Of a stretch of 64,000 nucleotides of DNA, positions 1-9,999 are shown piece by piece (positions within the stretch are counted from its first letter, which is position 1; each line of letters begins with the position of its first letter). This DNA comes from an uncultured virus (IMG/VR IMGVR_UViG_3300021197_001546). Lineage: Duplodnaviria; Heunggongvirae; Uroviricota; Caudoviricetes. The DNA lies in the IMG/VR virus record IMGVR_UViG_3300021197_001546; one strand, written 5' to 3'. The translations under genes and the position numbers were made by a program. The notes under the pieces are model-generated. The model was not told the origin of the DNA, did not search any database, and saw only the letters and a program-made list of their open reading frames with translations.

Positions 1-145
1 ACACCTTGAACTGTTCCAGTGGATCCATTGAAGGAAGAGACACCTTGAACTGTTCCAGTGGATCCATTGAAGGAAGAGACGCCGTGGACATCTCCAGTCA
101 AACCATTAAACGTCGAAACGCCGTGGACATCTCCAGTCAAACCGT
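1..145 (-). repeat. 36-bp coding tandem repeats (12-aa units VSSFNGSTGTVQG / VSTFNGLTGDVHG)
   Basis: acaccttgaactgttccagtggatccattgaaggaagag x2 and cgccgtggacatctccagtcaaacc x2. Confidence 0.85.
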
Positions 146-770
146 TGAATGTTGTTACGTTGGATTCGCCAACCAATCTGAAGTAAGAATCGTTGTCTGG
201 ATTTCGTCCGTGAACTTTCTTTATGACTTCGTATATGTTACCATTGTAAAAAACAAAGGATCCCTTTTCGTAGATGATATTATTTCCCGAAGTGTCTTTC
301 ATTCCAAAATAGGAAACTGTTGGTGTTTTTTTGTTTTTTACTCTTTGGGAGTTATTCTGTTTTATGCCTTTCCATGCAGCACACCAATGGTTATATCTAA
401 CATTAGCGTTCCATTTGCCGCAATGTCCAACTGTTCCTGTCCCTCCTATCGGTACATTATAGAAACTACAATTGGAACATTGTTGACCTACTGGAGTTCC
501 GCCCTTGCTGGATATACCATAGGCTGAAGGTAGATTTGGGTGATACAATTCTCCGTCGCTATATTGACGCAACGAAACAACCTTTTCCTTGGATTGGGAA
601 ACGGTTGATCTTGAAGGTGTTGCCGATGGAGTACTCGGTGTCCTCGGTGTCCTTGGAGTACTAGGGGTGCTAGGAGTACTAGGGGTGCTAGGAGTACTAG
701 GTTGTGACGGAGTACTTGGCGCAGGAACTGAAGATGGTTGGCTCGGTGAATTGTATCCGTAGTTGCTCAT
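1..770 (-). CDS. Putative virion/fibre protein, truncated at the window edge: PST-rich N-terminus, HiPIP-like 4-Cys motif, then VSSFNGxTGxV repeats
   Basis: Missing from the ORF track because there is no stop in the window. ATG at 770 reads MSNYGYNSPSQPSS(PST)n...QQCSNCSFY...GHCGKWNANVRYNHWCAAW...VTTFNGLTGDVHGVSTFNGLTGDVHGVSSFNGSTGTVQG, open to base 1. Directly downstream of gp5. Confidence 0.8.
   Translation of the reverse strand, partial: MSNYGYNSPSQPSSVPAPSTPSQPSTPSTPSTPSTPSTPRTPRTPSTPSATPSRSTVSQSKEKVVSLRQYSDGELYHPNLPSAYGISSKGGTPVGQQCSNCSFYNVPIGGTGTVGHCGKWNANVRYNHWCAAWKGIKQNNSQRVKNKKTPTVSYFGMKDTSGNNIIYEKGSFVFYNGNIYEVIKKVHGRNPDNDSYFRLVGESNVTTFNGLTGDVHGVSTFNGLTGDVHGVSSFNGSTGTVQGVSSFNGSTGTVQG
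630..720 (-). repeat. Short tandem repeats encoding a PST/PRT linker
   Basis: ggagtactaggggtgcta repeated; translates to PSTPSTPSTPRTPRT. Confidence 0.8.
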
Positions 771-775
771 TTAAA

Positions 776-1762
776 TTATCCCGGTGGGTTGAGATTTACG
801 TTTCCGCCCTCCAAAACAATTTTGGCTCCTGAACCATTCACGATGCTAAGTTTATCCTTAGCACATAAATTGGTTTCTTCACCTTCGGCGCCCAAGTTTA
901 TTTTTTCCTTGGTCTGAACTCCGAAGTTTTTACAATTCACCGTAAAGTCATCTTCTAGTTCAAAGTTTGCTGCTTTACCTTTGAACATGAAATTTTCAGC
1001 CTTAATTGCCACGTTACCGAGGGCTGATATATTTAGGGTTCCTGCCACGAACATATTGTTATTGCCCAAATTAATTTGATATCCATCTCCGACTGACTTG
1101 ATAACCAAAGATCCATCGGGATGAAATTCCACAAAAGATCCCGTGTTATGCATAACATGAATTCTTTCTGCACCCGATGTATCGTCAATTTCTATGACAT
1201 GACCTGTAGTGGATTCGTATACCTTATTATGTGGGTACTTGGGATTGGCAGGAGATGATGGTTCTTTCCATGATCCTGTTGCAGTCTCGACCTCTTCCAG
1301 TTCCATCGACAGATATCGAGGATGAGGTTCTTCCATGTCGTACGGAGACGTTGTTGCTCTCTCATTGGTGTCTGGTTTCCCGTTATATGATTCACGGACG
1401 ATTTTTTCGTATGCAGATGGAACATTAAATCCAACAAGAGGATCGTTCTCGTCAGAATTTATGCCAGGGATGCATCCCATAATGACAGGGGATTGTGCAT
1501 CTTCTCCGTCTAGAAAGAAACCAAAGACATGACTCCCAGGCAAAAACCCAGGCACAGTTTGTCCTTTGCCACGATTTGCCGCACTGGTGATCGGGAAAAT
1601 AGGATGGGCCCATTGAAGTTTCTCTGTTGGTAACTCGGCGAGATCGGGAGTATGAAATCCGTGACATCGAACTCTAGCCCTACCGAGAAACTCGGGATCA
1701 CTAACGTCCTCGACTACTCCCGTAAACCAAACGAAAGATTTGTTTAGTCCTATTTCTTTCAA
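776..1762 (-). CDS. gp5: Baseplate hub/spike gp5-like protein (OB fold plus beta-helix, no lysozyme domain)
   Basis: WFTGVVEDVSDPEFLGRARVRCHGFHT, VFGFFLDGEDAQSPVIMG, YPHNKVYESTTGHVIEIDDTSGAERIHVMH. TTG start overlaps the upstream stop (TTGA). Confidence 0.92.
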   Translation of the reverse strand: MKEIGLNKSFVWFTGVVEDVSDPEFLGRARVRCHGFHTPDLAELPTEKLQWAHPIFPITSAANRGKGQTVPGFLPGSHVFGFFLDGEDAQSPVIMGCIPGINSDENDPLVGFNVPSAYEKIVRESYNGKPDTNERATTSPYDMEEPHPRYLSMELEEVETATGSWKEPSSPANPKYPHNKVYESTTGHVIEIDDTSGAERIHVMHNTGSFVEFHPDGSLVIKSVGDGYQINLGNNNMFVAGTLNISALGNVAIKAENFMFKGKAANFELEDDFTVNCKNFGVQTKEKINLGAEGEETNLCAKDKLSIVNGSGAKIVLEGGNVNLNPPG

Positions 1763-1902
1763 CTCTTATCCGCCCATTTTTCTGCCCACATTTTCCACTC
1801 GTTCAAATCGTCGTCTGAATAGTTTAGGCTACTGAGAGCATCAATTCTTTTTTCGTAATCGCGGATCTCTTCGTGTTCACTCAGGTTCTTCAAGTTTGAC
1901 AT
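1759..1902 (-). CDS. Small hypothetical protein (47 aa)
   Basis: GGAG RBS then ATG at 1902, MSNLKNLSEHEEIRDYEKRIDALSS...WAEKWADKS; stop overlaps the gp5 start. Confidence 0.65.
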   Translation of the reverse strand: MSNLKNLSEHEEIRDYEKRIDALSSLNYSDDDLNEWKMWAEKWADKS

Positions 1903-1911
1903 AATAATCTC

Positions 1912-3186
1912 CTATGGTGTTGGATAACCATCTACACTAAAATTAGAAATTGTCGGTATGGCTTGAGAATACGAATCTGTGCAAGCCTCAACGGTCATTG
2001 TATATCCCATTCCTTTTACAATGTTGTGTTTTACCGACGTAACAATGTAATACCCTGATCTATAATTATCTAGGATCTCTCCGTCAGAAGGAGATCCAGA
2101 TTGCTTCATAAATTCCAGTTTAATTTTATCCCCAACGTTCGTGGAACTACTCCCAGAAACTAGAAACCTAACTCTCTTGTTTAGAAGTGAGTTCAATTGT
2201 GATTTTCTCTTTAGTTGTATGTTACCCGAAAAGATATTAGAGTAACGATGAGAGAAATTTGACATTGTGGAAGCACTTTTAGAAATATCAGGACTGGTTA
2301 GGGGATACCTATTTCCATGAGAGGTCGAATCGAATGCCTCATCGTAGAAGTAATTTATCCCACCAGTTTTTTTGTCTTTGATGTTTGTTTCGTTCAAAAA
2401 TCCAGTATAGACACCATTAACTGTTTCGTCAAGATAATTTTCGTTACCCAAAATAACGATCTCTTGTATTCGGAATCGGGAAGAGAATAAATCGACCCCC
2501 TCATCCATATTATTCTCTCTCGGATCCTCTTGTTCCCAAGAAAAATAACCTCGGGTATTGGTTTGGGAAAACATATTACCAACAGAAACAAAATTCCATC
2601 CATCAAAGGTTTCGAAGAAGAAGAAATTGCAATCGTTTACATTATCCTTTCTCTCCGCGTTTTTCGCCAGATATTGTATATGAGAAAATGGATTGTTGAA
2701 CGGCAAAACTACCGTGTATTCGCCTTCAGTCTGTTCCCGCAATAGTGGCTTACTCGCACCGAAATGCTTAGACCATATAGAGCCTGCAATATCAGAAACT
2801 GTTCCTGTGTATGATCTTGAATTTTTGATTTGCGTATTGATTATCGACTCGGGTGAGATAAATTTAAGATCGTAATACGTTGTTCTTCCATTTTCTCCGA
2901 GTAAAACGTTTTCACGGGAAAACAATCTTAGTTTTAATTCTACTGGATCGTTGTCGGGCGAATAAAATTTTATGTCTAGAGTTTCGTTATTCTTTATAGG
3001 CAGAGAAGAATATAAATCGAGAGCATCGGCGATTCGAATTACACAATACATCGACGGATTGATAAACATGTCCTGATTGATTCGTATATTGACGAACAAA
3101 TCGAGAAGAGAAACCCTGTCACCTGAATCTAGAATCAGATCAAGTTTATCAAGGCGAAAATCATTTCCTTTACTGTATCCACTCAT
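1912..3186 (-). CDS. Baseplate hub protein (gp27-like)
   Basis: Lies between gp53 and gp5; FFFFETFDGWNFVS and C-terminal SGYYIVTSVKH motifs of contractile-tail hub proteins. Confidence 0.75.
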   Translation of the reverse strand: MSGYSKGNDFRLDKLDLILDSGDRVSLLDLFVNIRINQDMFINPSMYCVIRIADALDLYSSLPIKNNETLDIKFYSPDNDPVELKLRLFSRENVLLGENGRTTYYDLKFISPESIINTQIKNSRSYTGTVSDIAGSIWSKHFGASKPLLREQTEGEYTVVLPFNNPFSHIQYLAKNAERKDNVNDCNFFFFETFDGWNFVSVGNMFSQTNTRGYFSWEQEDPRENNMDEGVDLFSSRFRIQEIVILGNENYLDETVNGVYTGFLNETNIKDKKTGGINYFYDEAFDSTSHGNRYPLTSPDISKSASTMSNFSHRYSNIFSGNIQLKRKSQLNSLLNKRVRFLVSGSSSTNVGDKIKLEFMKQSGSPSDGEILDNYRSGYYIVTSVKHNIVKGMGYTMTVEACTDSYSQAIPTISNFSVDGYPTP

Positions 3187-4070
3187 ACGTTAATTAACTC
3201 ATTGAAAGCAGAAACAACAGTCGAAAGATATTCGGGTGCAATCAACTGTATGGAAGTTTTCGCTTCGTTTTTCTTTATTTCATAATCGAAATTGGTCAGA
3301 ACATAATCAACACTTCTGTCTCCACTTAATCCGAGATAAAGACCCAGTCGAGTCTCGTCTATTCTGGGTGCAACATTAGCATATGTACCAGTGGCTGCTG
3401 TTAGTCCAAGGGGTGTTCCATCTGGTGCAGCGAATGCACTTACATGGTCACCCGTTCCAGTTTCAAATCCGTGCAGTCCGTAAAGACCATCTTCAATTCT
3501 TTTTATTTTGGCTTGTTCTATACTCGATCCTCTATAGACCCCGATCAATTGACCTTCAGCGAAGTAAGTGTGTTCTCCACCATCGACCCTGATTCTATAC
3601 AAAGACGGTTCGTGTTCAACAACTCGGGCTCGAACATCAAAATTTTCTTGACGAACACCAAAATCATCGGTGTTGCTGGTAGATAAAAATATAGTTTCGT
3701 CGGCAGAAAAAGTTATGCCAGAAGGTTTCTTATTGTCAGAGGTATCTACCAGATAGAAATATTTACCGAAGTATTTTTTCTTGGCGTAGTTTTCTAGAGA
3801 ATTTGAATCCATAGAAAAATCATAATATGGATTCAATGCTTCGTTTACTAAGAGAACAACCCAAAAATAATCTGATGTGTTATACAGTCGTTTGGAGATG
3901 TTTTCTGGTGTATCTCCCTCACGCAAATCATACTTGATAAAGAATGTGCTGTCTTCTTTTCCTTGGGTCGAAATATTAACACGGCGAAGAATATCTGTTA
4001 CGAGTTTAACCCGAGCAACAGAACCAAAGGTATCTAAGTATTGGAGAATTGGGAATCTATCAAAATACAT
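3183..4070 (-). CDS. gp53: Baseplate wedge subunit
   Basis: MYFDRFP...DILRRV...YDLREGDTPENISKRLY...WVVLLVN; C-terminal TNFDYEIKKNEAK. Confidence 0.9.
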   Translation of the reverse strand: MYFDRFPILQYLDTFGSVARVKLVTDILRRVNISTQGKEDSTFFIKYDLREGDTPENISKRLYNTSDYFWVVLLVNEALNPYYDFSMDSNSLENYAKKKYFGKYFYLVDTSDNKKPSGITFSADETIFLSTSNTDDFGVRQENFDVRARVVEHEPSLYRIRVDGGEHTYFAEGQLIGVYRGSSIEQAKIKRIEDGLYGLHGFETGTGDHVSAFAAPDGTPLGLTAATGTYANVAPRIDETRLGLYLGLSGDRSVDYVLTNFDYEIKKNEAKTSIQLIAPEYLSTVVSAFNELINV

Positions 4071-5443
4071 CAGAAGCCTTCCTCGATATCTTGACGAACA
4101 AGAGGTCTTAGTTCAGAGAATGTCATAGTGACACTAGTTCTGACAGGACTACCATCTTCAAAGGTTGCATTCACACCATTGGGTGTGTAGTCAACGTTAA
4201 TCGCTGTCAGAGCACATCTACCAATTTTATTAAGGAAGAGGTTTTCCGTTACCACCTCACCTGTCTTGCCTGGATTAAATATCTTGTAATATCGAATTTC
4301 AAACTCTGCTGGAATCTCCAAGAAAAAGGAAGTCTTATCGAGACTCGGATGTGAATATTCTCTGAATACTCTGACAATTTTACTAACCTCTACCGCCTCT
4401 TTAGCATTTCTTGGAGCGAGAGAAAATGTAAAATCAAAACTTCTACTGTTCACTCCTTGGAACACTTGTTCCTGTCTTGGATTGATTACCAAACCAGTCA
4501 TTGCTTCGATTGCTTCGTTTGCGTTCAAATTCAAACCGACAATGCTTCCCAAACTATCTGCCATACCGGCAAGTCCTCGCTTTACGCTAGGCATAACAGA
4601 ACTCAAATTTCCCTGTCCCACTTCCATAAGTTGGTTAACCGCAGAGAAATTTACCCCCTGATTGTAACTAATCGTTCCATTGTTGACTATCTTGTTTGGG
4701 ATATACAATGCAACACTTTTCTTTTCCTGTACTGTTGCTGCGGCCAATCGAGTTCGTCCGCTTGATGAGGCAATGGGTTTACCACCGACACCCCGTCTAT
4801 TCTTAATTCCTAGATTCTCAAACTGACTGAATGCTCTTTCTGACGTTGAGTCTAAAAAATTACTCTCCTGTGCCTTCCGCGAATCAGCCGCCGACTTACG
4901 TCTTGCCTCTTCAAGTTTTTCGTTTGCTATTTCCCATGCGGCTCCTGCTCCCGTCCTATCAATATAGCCCACATTCTCACCAAACGTATTCAGAACTCCG
5001 CCTCCGAAGGCGGCTACGTTCGCAAACCCCCGAGAACCAATAGTCGCATTCTGTGCCGCATTAATCATTTGCTGTGAAACCCCGGGGTTGAAGATGCCCC
5101 CACTTAGATACGATGCGGCCCACGCGGCGTAGCCAGGCGATGCCGCTGGGTTCGCAGAAAAGGTTGACTCTATACCGTCGGCCATAAGTTCGTTCGTTAG
5201 TTCTGTTTGTGCATCCATCTTTTCCTTCAGTTGTCTAACCTCACGGGTCAAATTTCTGACTTCAGCGTTGTTTCTTTCGAATATGGTAAACAAAACAAAC
5301 TGATTGTATTCGTCGGTTCCCAGATCAGAAGGATATTGAAGATTTTCACTTTCTTCCCCTCCTTGTAATCTGCCTTCATCGTCTTTGTTCAGTTTAGCAA
5401 AAACAGGATCTATATTTCGTCTACTCGATTTTGCGATAGTCAT
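4070..5443 (-). CDS. gp48: Baseplate tail-tube cap
   Basis: LQYPSDL; INPRQEQVFQGVNSRSFDFTFSLAPRNAKEA; CALTAINVDYTP. Start moved to ATG 5443 behind a CAGGAG RBS. Confidence 0.88.
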   Translation of the reverse strand: MTIAKSSRRNIDPVFAKLNKDDEGRLQGGEESENLQYPSDLGTDEYNQFVLFTIFERNNAEVRNLTREVRQLKEKMDAQTELTNELMADGIESTFSANPAASPGYAAWAASYLSGGIFNPGVSQQMINAAQNATIGSRGFANVAAFGGGVLNTFGENVGYIDRTGAGAAWEIANEKLEEARRKSAADSRKAQESNFLDSTSERAFSQFENLGIKNRRGVGGKPIASSSGRTRLAAATVQEKKSVALYIPNKIVNNGTISYNQGVNFSAVNQLMEVGQGNLSSVMPSVKRGLAGMADSLGSIVGLNLNANEAIEAMTGLVINPRQEQVFQGVNSRSFDFTFSLAPRNAKEAVEVSKIVRVFREYSHPSLDKTSFFLEIPAEFEIRYYKIFNPGKTGEVVTENLFLNKIGRCALTAINVDYTPNGVNATFEDGSPVRTSVTMTFSELRPLVRQDIEEGF

Positions 5444-5465
5444 GTTTTCTCCTGATACATATGGT

Positions 5466-5900
5466 ATGGCATATAAGGGAAAATATAAACCTAAAAATCC
5501 CTCAAAGTATATAGGTGACCCCACAAAAATTATTTACCGTAGTTTGTGGGAAAGACGCTTCATGATCTATTGTGATAATGAAGACAATGTTGTCAAATGG
5601 GGGAGCGAAGAAGTTGTGGTTCCTTACATGTCGCCTATTGATAATAGAATGCATCGTTACTTTGTAGATTTTATAGTAGAAGTGAAACAAAGAAACGGCA
5701 GAAAAAAGACAAAATTAATTGAGGTCAAACCCAAAAAACAATGTTCTCCTCCCAAAAAACAAGAACGCACCACGCGGAGATATATCGGAGAAGTAAAGAC
5801 TTGGGGGGTAAATTCTGCCAAATGGGAAGCGGCTAAAGAGTATGCGGAAAATCGAGGTTGGGATTTCCAGATTCTCACGGAGAAAGAACTCAAGCCATGA
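5466..5900 (+). CDS. gp4: Head completion nuclease
   Basis: MAYKGKYKPKNPSKYIGDPTKIIYRSLWERRFM...HRYFVDF...VNSAKWEAAKEY. Confidence 0.95.
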   Translation: MAYKGKYKPKNPSKYIGDPTKIIYRSLWERRFMIYCDNEDNVVKWGSEEVVVPYMSPIDNRMHRYFVDFIVEVKQRNGRKKTKLIEVKPKKQCSPPKKQERTTRRYIGEVKTWGVNSAKWEAAKEYAENRGWDFQILTEKELKP

Positions 5901-6661
5901 AAGAAATAAGAAAAGACACTTTCATAACGGGTGGAGATAATCCTACCCAGATCAATATCATACACCAACGAAAAATGAAACCCGGACCAAATCTAAGAAA
6001 GCAATTGCTCGACTCTTTACAGAAGGCACCTAAAACCAAAAGAGAACCTAGAGCAAATCAAATTGAAGAAATCTCCCAAGACGATGATGGATTTATCGTT
6101 GATACAATGGAAGAAGCCATCAAGTTTTTTGTGGGGACTATAAACTCGGCGTTTGGTAATTCTGAGTTTACGGCAAATGAAGTGACAGATTTCCTTATGA
6201 CAACAGAGGACTCTGTGAGTGTATACGAAGGATCTCAGGGTGGGATGTTCTTATTCAAATATGAAGCCACCACTGCAAACAAATTAAAATATTATGATCG
6301 ACTTCCTATGGTAATACATCTAGGAAGCACATCAACTGGCTTTTCGGGACTGAATCTTCACTATCTCCCTCCCAGATATAGAATTGCGTTTATGAAAGCG
6401 TTATTTGGGGATCAGAGTTTTGAAGATCTTAATGAGGATGATATCCAAAGTCGCGTGTCTAGAATATCAACCTACAAATTCGTAAAGCCGACATATAAAC
6501 AGTATAAATATGAAGGGATAGCCTCTCGACTTATTCGTATACCACCACAAAACTGGACGCTCGCTTCGTTGTTACCAGTAAGCAGTTTCCAGAAACAATC
6601 TAGACGAAACGTTTGGGATAATTCCATCAAGATGATCAACGACGAAGAAAGAAGGATCTAA
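5897..6661 (+). CDS. gp2: DNA end protector protein
   Basis: KLKYYDRLPMV...GFSGLNLHYLPP.YR; ATGA overlap with the gp4 stop. Confidence 0.88.
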   Translation: MKEIRKDTFITGGDNPTQINIIHQRKMKPGPNLRKQLLDSLQKAPKTKREPRANQIEEISQDDDGFIVDTMEEAIKFFVGTINSAFGNSEFTANEVTDFLMTTEDSVSVYEGSQGGMFLFKYEATTANKLKYYDRLPMVIHLGSTSTGFSGLNLHYLPPRYRIAFMKALFGDQSFEDLNEDDIQSRVSRISTYKFVKPTYKQYKYEGIASRLIRIPPQNWTLASLLPVSSFQKQSRRNVWDNSIKMINDEERRI

Positions 6662-7428
6662 TGCCCCTACCATCCGACAATATAGATTCATACTTCAACG
6701 AATATCAACGTGCAGGAGCACTATATCGTCCCACACGGTTTCAGTTTTACATACCGCAATTACCATTTAAACTTGGCGTCGTTTCAACCGACTTCCGTAA
6801 GGACTTTCAATTTGCATTGGATACTGTATTTTTTCCAGGCAGGAACATTTCAAGTGAACCACTAAAGATTGCTGGACCAATAGAAGAAATTCCATACGAA
6901 GCCACATACAGTGGAGACTTAGATCTGGGTGTTCGTCTTTCGGGTGATTTTAAAGAAAAAGCATTATTTGAAAGTTGGATGGATTTAGTTCTGAACCAAA
7001 GAACTCAAGATTTACAGTATCCCGACGCATACCGTTGTGATGCTTTTGTTCACGGTCTGGATTTGAAAAATCAGACAACCTACATTTTAAAATTGGTAGA
7101 TGTTTGGCCGAAGTCGGTTGCGAGAGTAACTGCTGGACAGGGTCTAATGAACTCTGTTGCAAACATGCAAATTCAACTTGGTTGGAGGCGTTACTACCCA
7201 ATATATCTAGAAAAAACCACATACCACGGCCCCCAACTTGCAAATTTCGTAAAAGACAAAGTCACTGCTCTAAGGAATCAGGGTGCTATAGAAAATCTTC
7301 CTTCTGGTATCGAAATCCCTCTGAGCGAAGGACAGCCTGAGCAGAACTTCCGTCCCAATGAAAACCTTAGTCCATACGCACCTGAAAGTGGACTTCGTCG
7401 ATCTGGTCCTTCAGATAGACCTGATTAA
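6661..7428 (+). CDS. Tail tube / tube-initiator protein (gp19/gp54 family)
   Basis: RPTRFQFY...FPGRNIS...FESWMDLV...LVDVWPKSV; T4-like synteny. Confidence 0.75.
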   Translation: MPLPSDNIDSYFNEYQRAGALYRPTRFQFYIPQLPFKLGVVSTDFRKDFQFALDTVFFPGRNISSEPLKIAGPIEEIPYEATYSGDLDLGVRLSGDFKEKALFESWMDLVLNQRTQDLQYPDAYRCDAFVHGLDLKNQTTYILKLVDVWPKSVARVTAGQGLMNSVANMQIQLGWRRYYPIYLEKTTYHGPQLANFVKDKVTALRNQGAIENLPSGIEIPLSEGQPEQNFRPNENLSPYAPESGLRRSGPSDRPD

Positions 7429-7443
7429 TATTAAACAAATGGA

Positions 7444-8148
7444 GTGAACATGTTACCCAAAGTTGATTTTCCATCCTACTTTGTAAATCTTTCTAGCATA
7501 AAAGAAAAAGTAAAATATAGACCCTACACGATCGCAGAAGAAAAAGTTTTATTGATGGCAAATGAGTCACGAGAAACCAAAGAAATTTTTGATGCCACCG
7601 TGGACATTTGTCAATCCTGTGTGTTGACTGATATCGACATAAAGACTTTACCAATATTCGATCTAGAAAAACTGCTGATTGCAATTCGTTCGAAATCAGT
7701 GGGAGAAGAAATTGAAGTTATGGCATCATGTCCATACTGCGAAGAAAAAACCAAAGTGACAATCAATATAGAAAAAATGGTCACTGATGAAACTGAAGTC
7801 CCGACCAAAAAAATTATGTTGAGTGATACAGTAGGGATATGTCTAGAGTATCCCAATATAGGAACTGCAACTACTAGAGCATTCATTGAAACTATGAGTA
7901 TATCAGATGCAATCGCATGTTGTATTTCTCAGGTGTTCGACGAAAATGAAGTCTTTCCTTTTCACAAAGAAAAACTAGAAGATCAAATTTTGTTCGTAGA
8001 GAGTCTAAGTGCAGAATTCATAAAGACGATAAATGAAGAATTTTTCAACAAGATGCCTATCAATACAATCAACATGGATTACACATGTCCCCATTGTAAA
8101 GAAAAGGTTGAGAGGAGATTCGAAAACTTAATTGATTTTTTTATCTAA
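7444..8148 (+). CDS. gp26: Baseplate hub subunit / tail assembly chaperone (start may be ATG 7450)
   Basis: KVKYRPYTIAEEKVLLMA, FDLEKLLIAIRSKSVGE, two CPxC motifs, C-terminal DFF. Confidence 0.9.
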   Translation: MNMLPKVDFPSYFVNLSSIKEKVKYRPYTIAEEKVLLMANESRETKEIFDATVDICQSCVLTDIDIKTLPIFDLEKLLIAIRSKSVGEEIEVMASCPYCEEKTKVTINIEKMVTDETEVPTKKIMLSDTVGICLEYPNIGTATTRAFIETMSISDAIACCISQVFDENEVFPFHKEKLEDQILFVESLSAEFIKTINEEFFNKMPINTINMDYTCPHCKEKVERRFENLIDFFI

Positions 8149-8318
8149 TGAATGCTCATAGTAATGTGTATGAGCATTTCAAAATGAACCATGAACTAAT
8201 GTATTGGCATAAGTATTCTTTGACTGAGTTAAACGAAATGATTCCGTGGGAGCGAGATGTCTATGTTCAGTTAATCCTGAATGAACTAGAAAAGAAGAAG
8301 AAAAAGAATGAGCATTAA
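8148..8318 (+). CDS. gp51: Baseplate hub assembly catalyst (56 aa, below ORF-track cutoff)
   Basis: MNAHSNVYEHFKMNHELMYWHKYSLTELNEMIPWERDVYVQLIL; the HKYSLTEL..MIPWER motif. Confidence 0.85.
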   Translation: MNAHSNVYEHFKMNHELMYWHKYSLTELNEMIPWERDVYVQLILNELEKKKKKNEH

Positions 8319-9999
8319 AAACTTTCTAGACAAACTAGAACCAAATCAAAATTCTTTCAGACTCAGCAGAAAAAATTCTGGTGGGGGTGGTCCTGTTAGG
8401 CTAAACAACACACGATCACGGTCTCCTCAGCAAGATGTGATAGAAAATATTGGCGAAAGTAAGGACGGTAAGAGTATTTTTCTGGTAGATGCTAAACAAC
8501 TACAATTCGAAAAACCAGTTGTAGGATCGGTGATTAATATCTACAATCCCAAAAAGGTTAATATGGCAGGGACGGGAAAAGGTTCTGCCGATTTTACCTC
8601 GGAAGCAGAAAAGAAAGAGATCGAATTAGAACAAAGACGTAAAAGACGAGAAGAAAAACGAAAACGAAGAATGGCACTATTGACAGGTGGTTCTGTCGCC
8701 GGCGCAGCGACTGGTGATGACGATGAAGATGACGATGACGATGACGGTGGTGGTGGGGGTTTACTAAAAACAATCGAGCGAGGCATCAAAGGAATTGCCG
8801 GTGCAAGTGTGGTCAGATCAGCAATATCAAGAGTTAGAGGTGGACCATCGGTGAGTAAAACACCTACCAAACCATCAACGCCAAAAACTACCAAACCAAC
8901 GCCACCAAGAGCGGGAACTAGAAAGCCGGGAACAGCAGGCTTTGATAAACAAGGGAGATTTCGCGGCGCCGACGGCCGTTTTGCCAAAGCACCAAACCCA
9001 ACAGCAGCAACGAAGTCTAGTCGATTCGCAAAAGTTGGTAAAAATGTATTGAGAGCAGGAGCGATGAGTGCAAGAGGTGCAGGAATGTTGACACGCCTTG
9101 CAGGAGGTCCAGTCGGTGTTCTTCTTATAGGAGCAGAATTGGCCGCTAATGAATACTTAAGAAGATTACAGGAAAGTACGGGGGCACAAGATGTAGCAAA
9201 CGCATCTCATGCTGTCCGTGAGGGGAACACATTCTATACAAATGATCGATCTGAAGTGTTAGGAGAATTTCCAGATGACGCTCCAGACTATGTTCGAAGT
9301 ATTATTACAGACAGAGCAAATTTATTACAGAATACAAGAACAATTGTCGGTTCAGTTAGAGCAGCAAAAGATGCTTTCTTAGCAAATGACGATTCGACAG
9401 GCAGTATGTACCTTAAATCTATAGAAAACTTAAAAGAGGAGAGAGCACGAATTGCAGGCAGAATTGGTGGTATTATGGCGGCAGAAGGACTTATATCAAA
9501 TGCAAACGAAGCATCGTCTTTAGGAAAACTTAGTCCAGGCAGTCTGGGTGGTATCAGTTTTGAGGGTTCAGAAGGGAACCTAGATCTGGCTATGCAACAA
9601 GAACTCAGTAAAATAAAAAAGTCATTTTCGTTCTTCGAATTTATGGATAAAAGTACAGTCGATCAGGCGATGACATCACTGAACACTACTGATTTAGAAT
9701 TACTATCACAAACAGCCTCAAGAAGAAGAAGAAATTATGAAGCATCTAGACCTGCCAGTGAATTATCCACCCCGTCTAGTTCCGCAGAATTTCCTAATAC
9801 TCCAACAGAAAATAATATGATTCAAGGTGGAGCATCAATTGACGGCACACCAATCAACTTGAATTTGAACAACGCACCAAACTTTGTCAGTATGCCACAA
9901 ACATCAGCACCTCTCATCACAAGAGAAGATGACAGCAGAGAAATAAGAGATCTGGTAATAGGAAACGGACAGAACACTGGAAGTTCTGGTTTAGATTAA
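8308..9999 (+). CDS. Putative tail length regulator / tape measure (gp29-like)
   Basis: Follows gp26/gp51; G/A-rich helical segments; low-complexity D and G runs. Confidence 0.5.
   Translation: MSIKNFLDKLEPNQNSFRLSRKNSGGGGPVRLNNTRSRSPQQDVIENIGESKDGKSIFLVDAKQLQFEKPVVGSVINIYNPKKVNMAGTGKGSADFTSEAEKKEIELEQRRKRREEKRKRRMALLTGGSVAGAATGDDDEDDDDDDGGGGGLLKTIERGIKGIAGASVVRSAISRVRGGPSVSKTPTKPSTPKTTKPTPPRAGTRKPGTAGFDKQGRFRGADGRFAKAPNPTAATKSSRFAKVGKNVLRAGAMSARGAGMLTRLAGGPVGVLLIGAELAANEYLRRLQESTGAQDVANASHAVREGNTFYTNDRSEVLGEFPDDAPDYVRSIITDRANLLQNTRTIVGSVRAAKDAFLANDDSTGSMYLKSIENLKEERARIAGRIGGIMAAEGLISNANEASSLGKLSPGSLGGISFEGSEGNLDLAMQQELSKIKKSFSFFEFMDKSTVDQAMTSLNTTDLELLSQTASRRRRNYEASRPASELSTPSSSAEFPNTPTENNMIQGGASIDGTPINLNLNNAPNFVSMPQTSAPLITREDDSREIRDLVIGNGQNTGSSGLD

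Noticed and set aside
1..145. 36-bp repeats as a CRISPR array
   Set aside because: Contiguous in-frame coding repeats with no unique spacers
6..527. 173-aa plus-strand ORF with repeats
   Set aside because: Shadow of the minus-strand gene starting at 770, which has the coherent motifs and follows gp5
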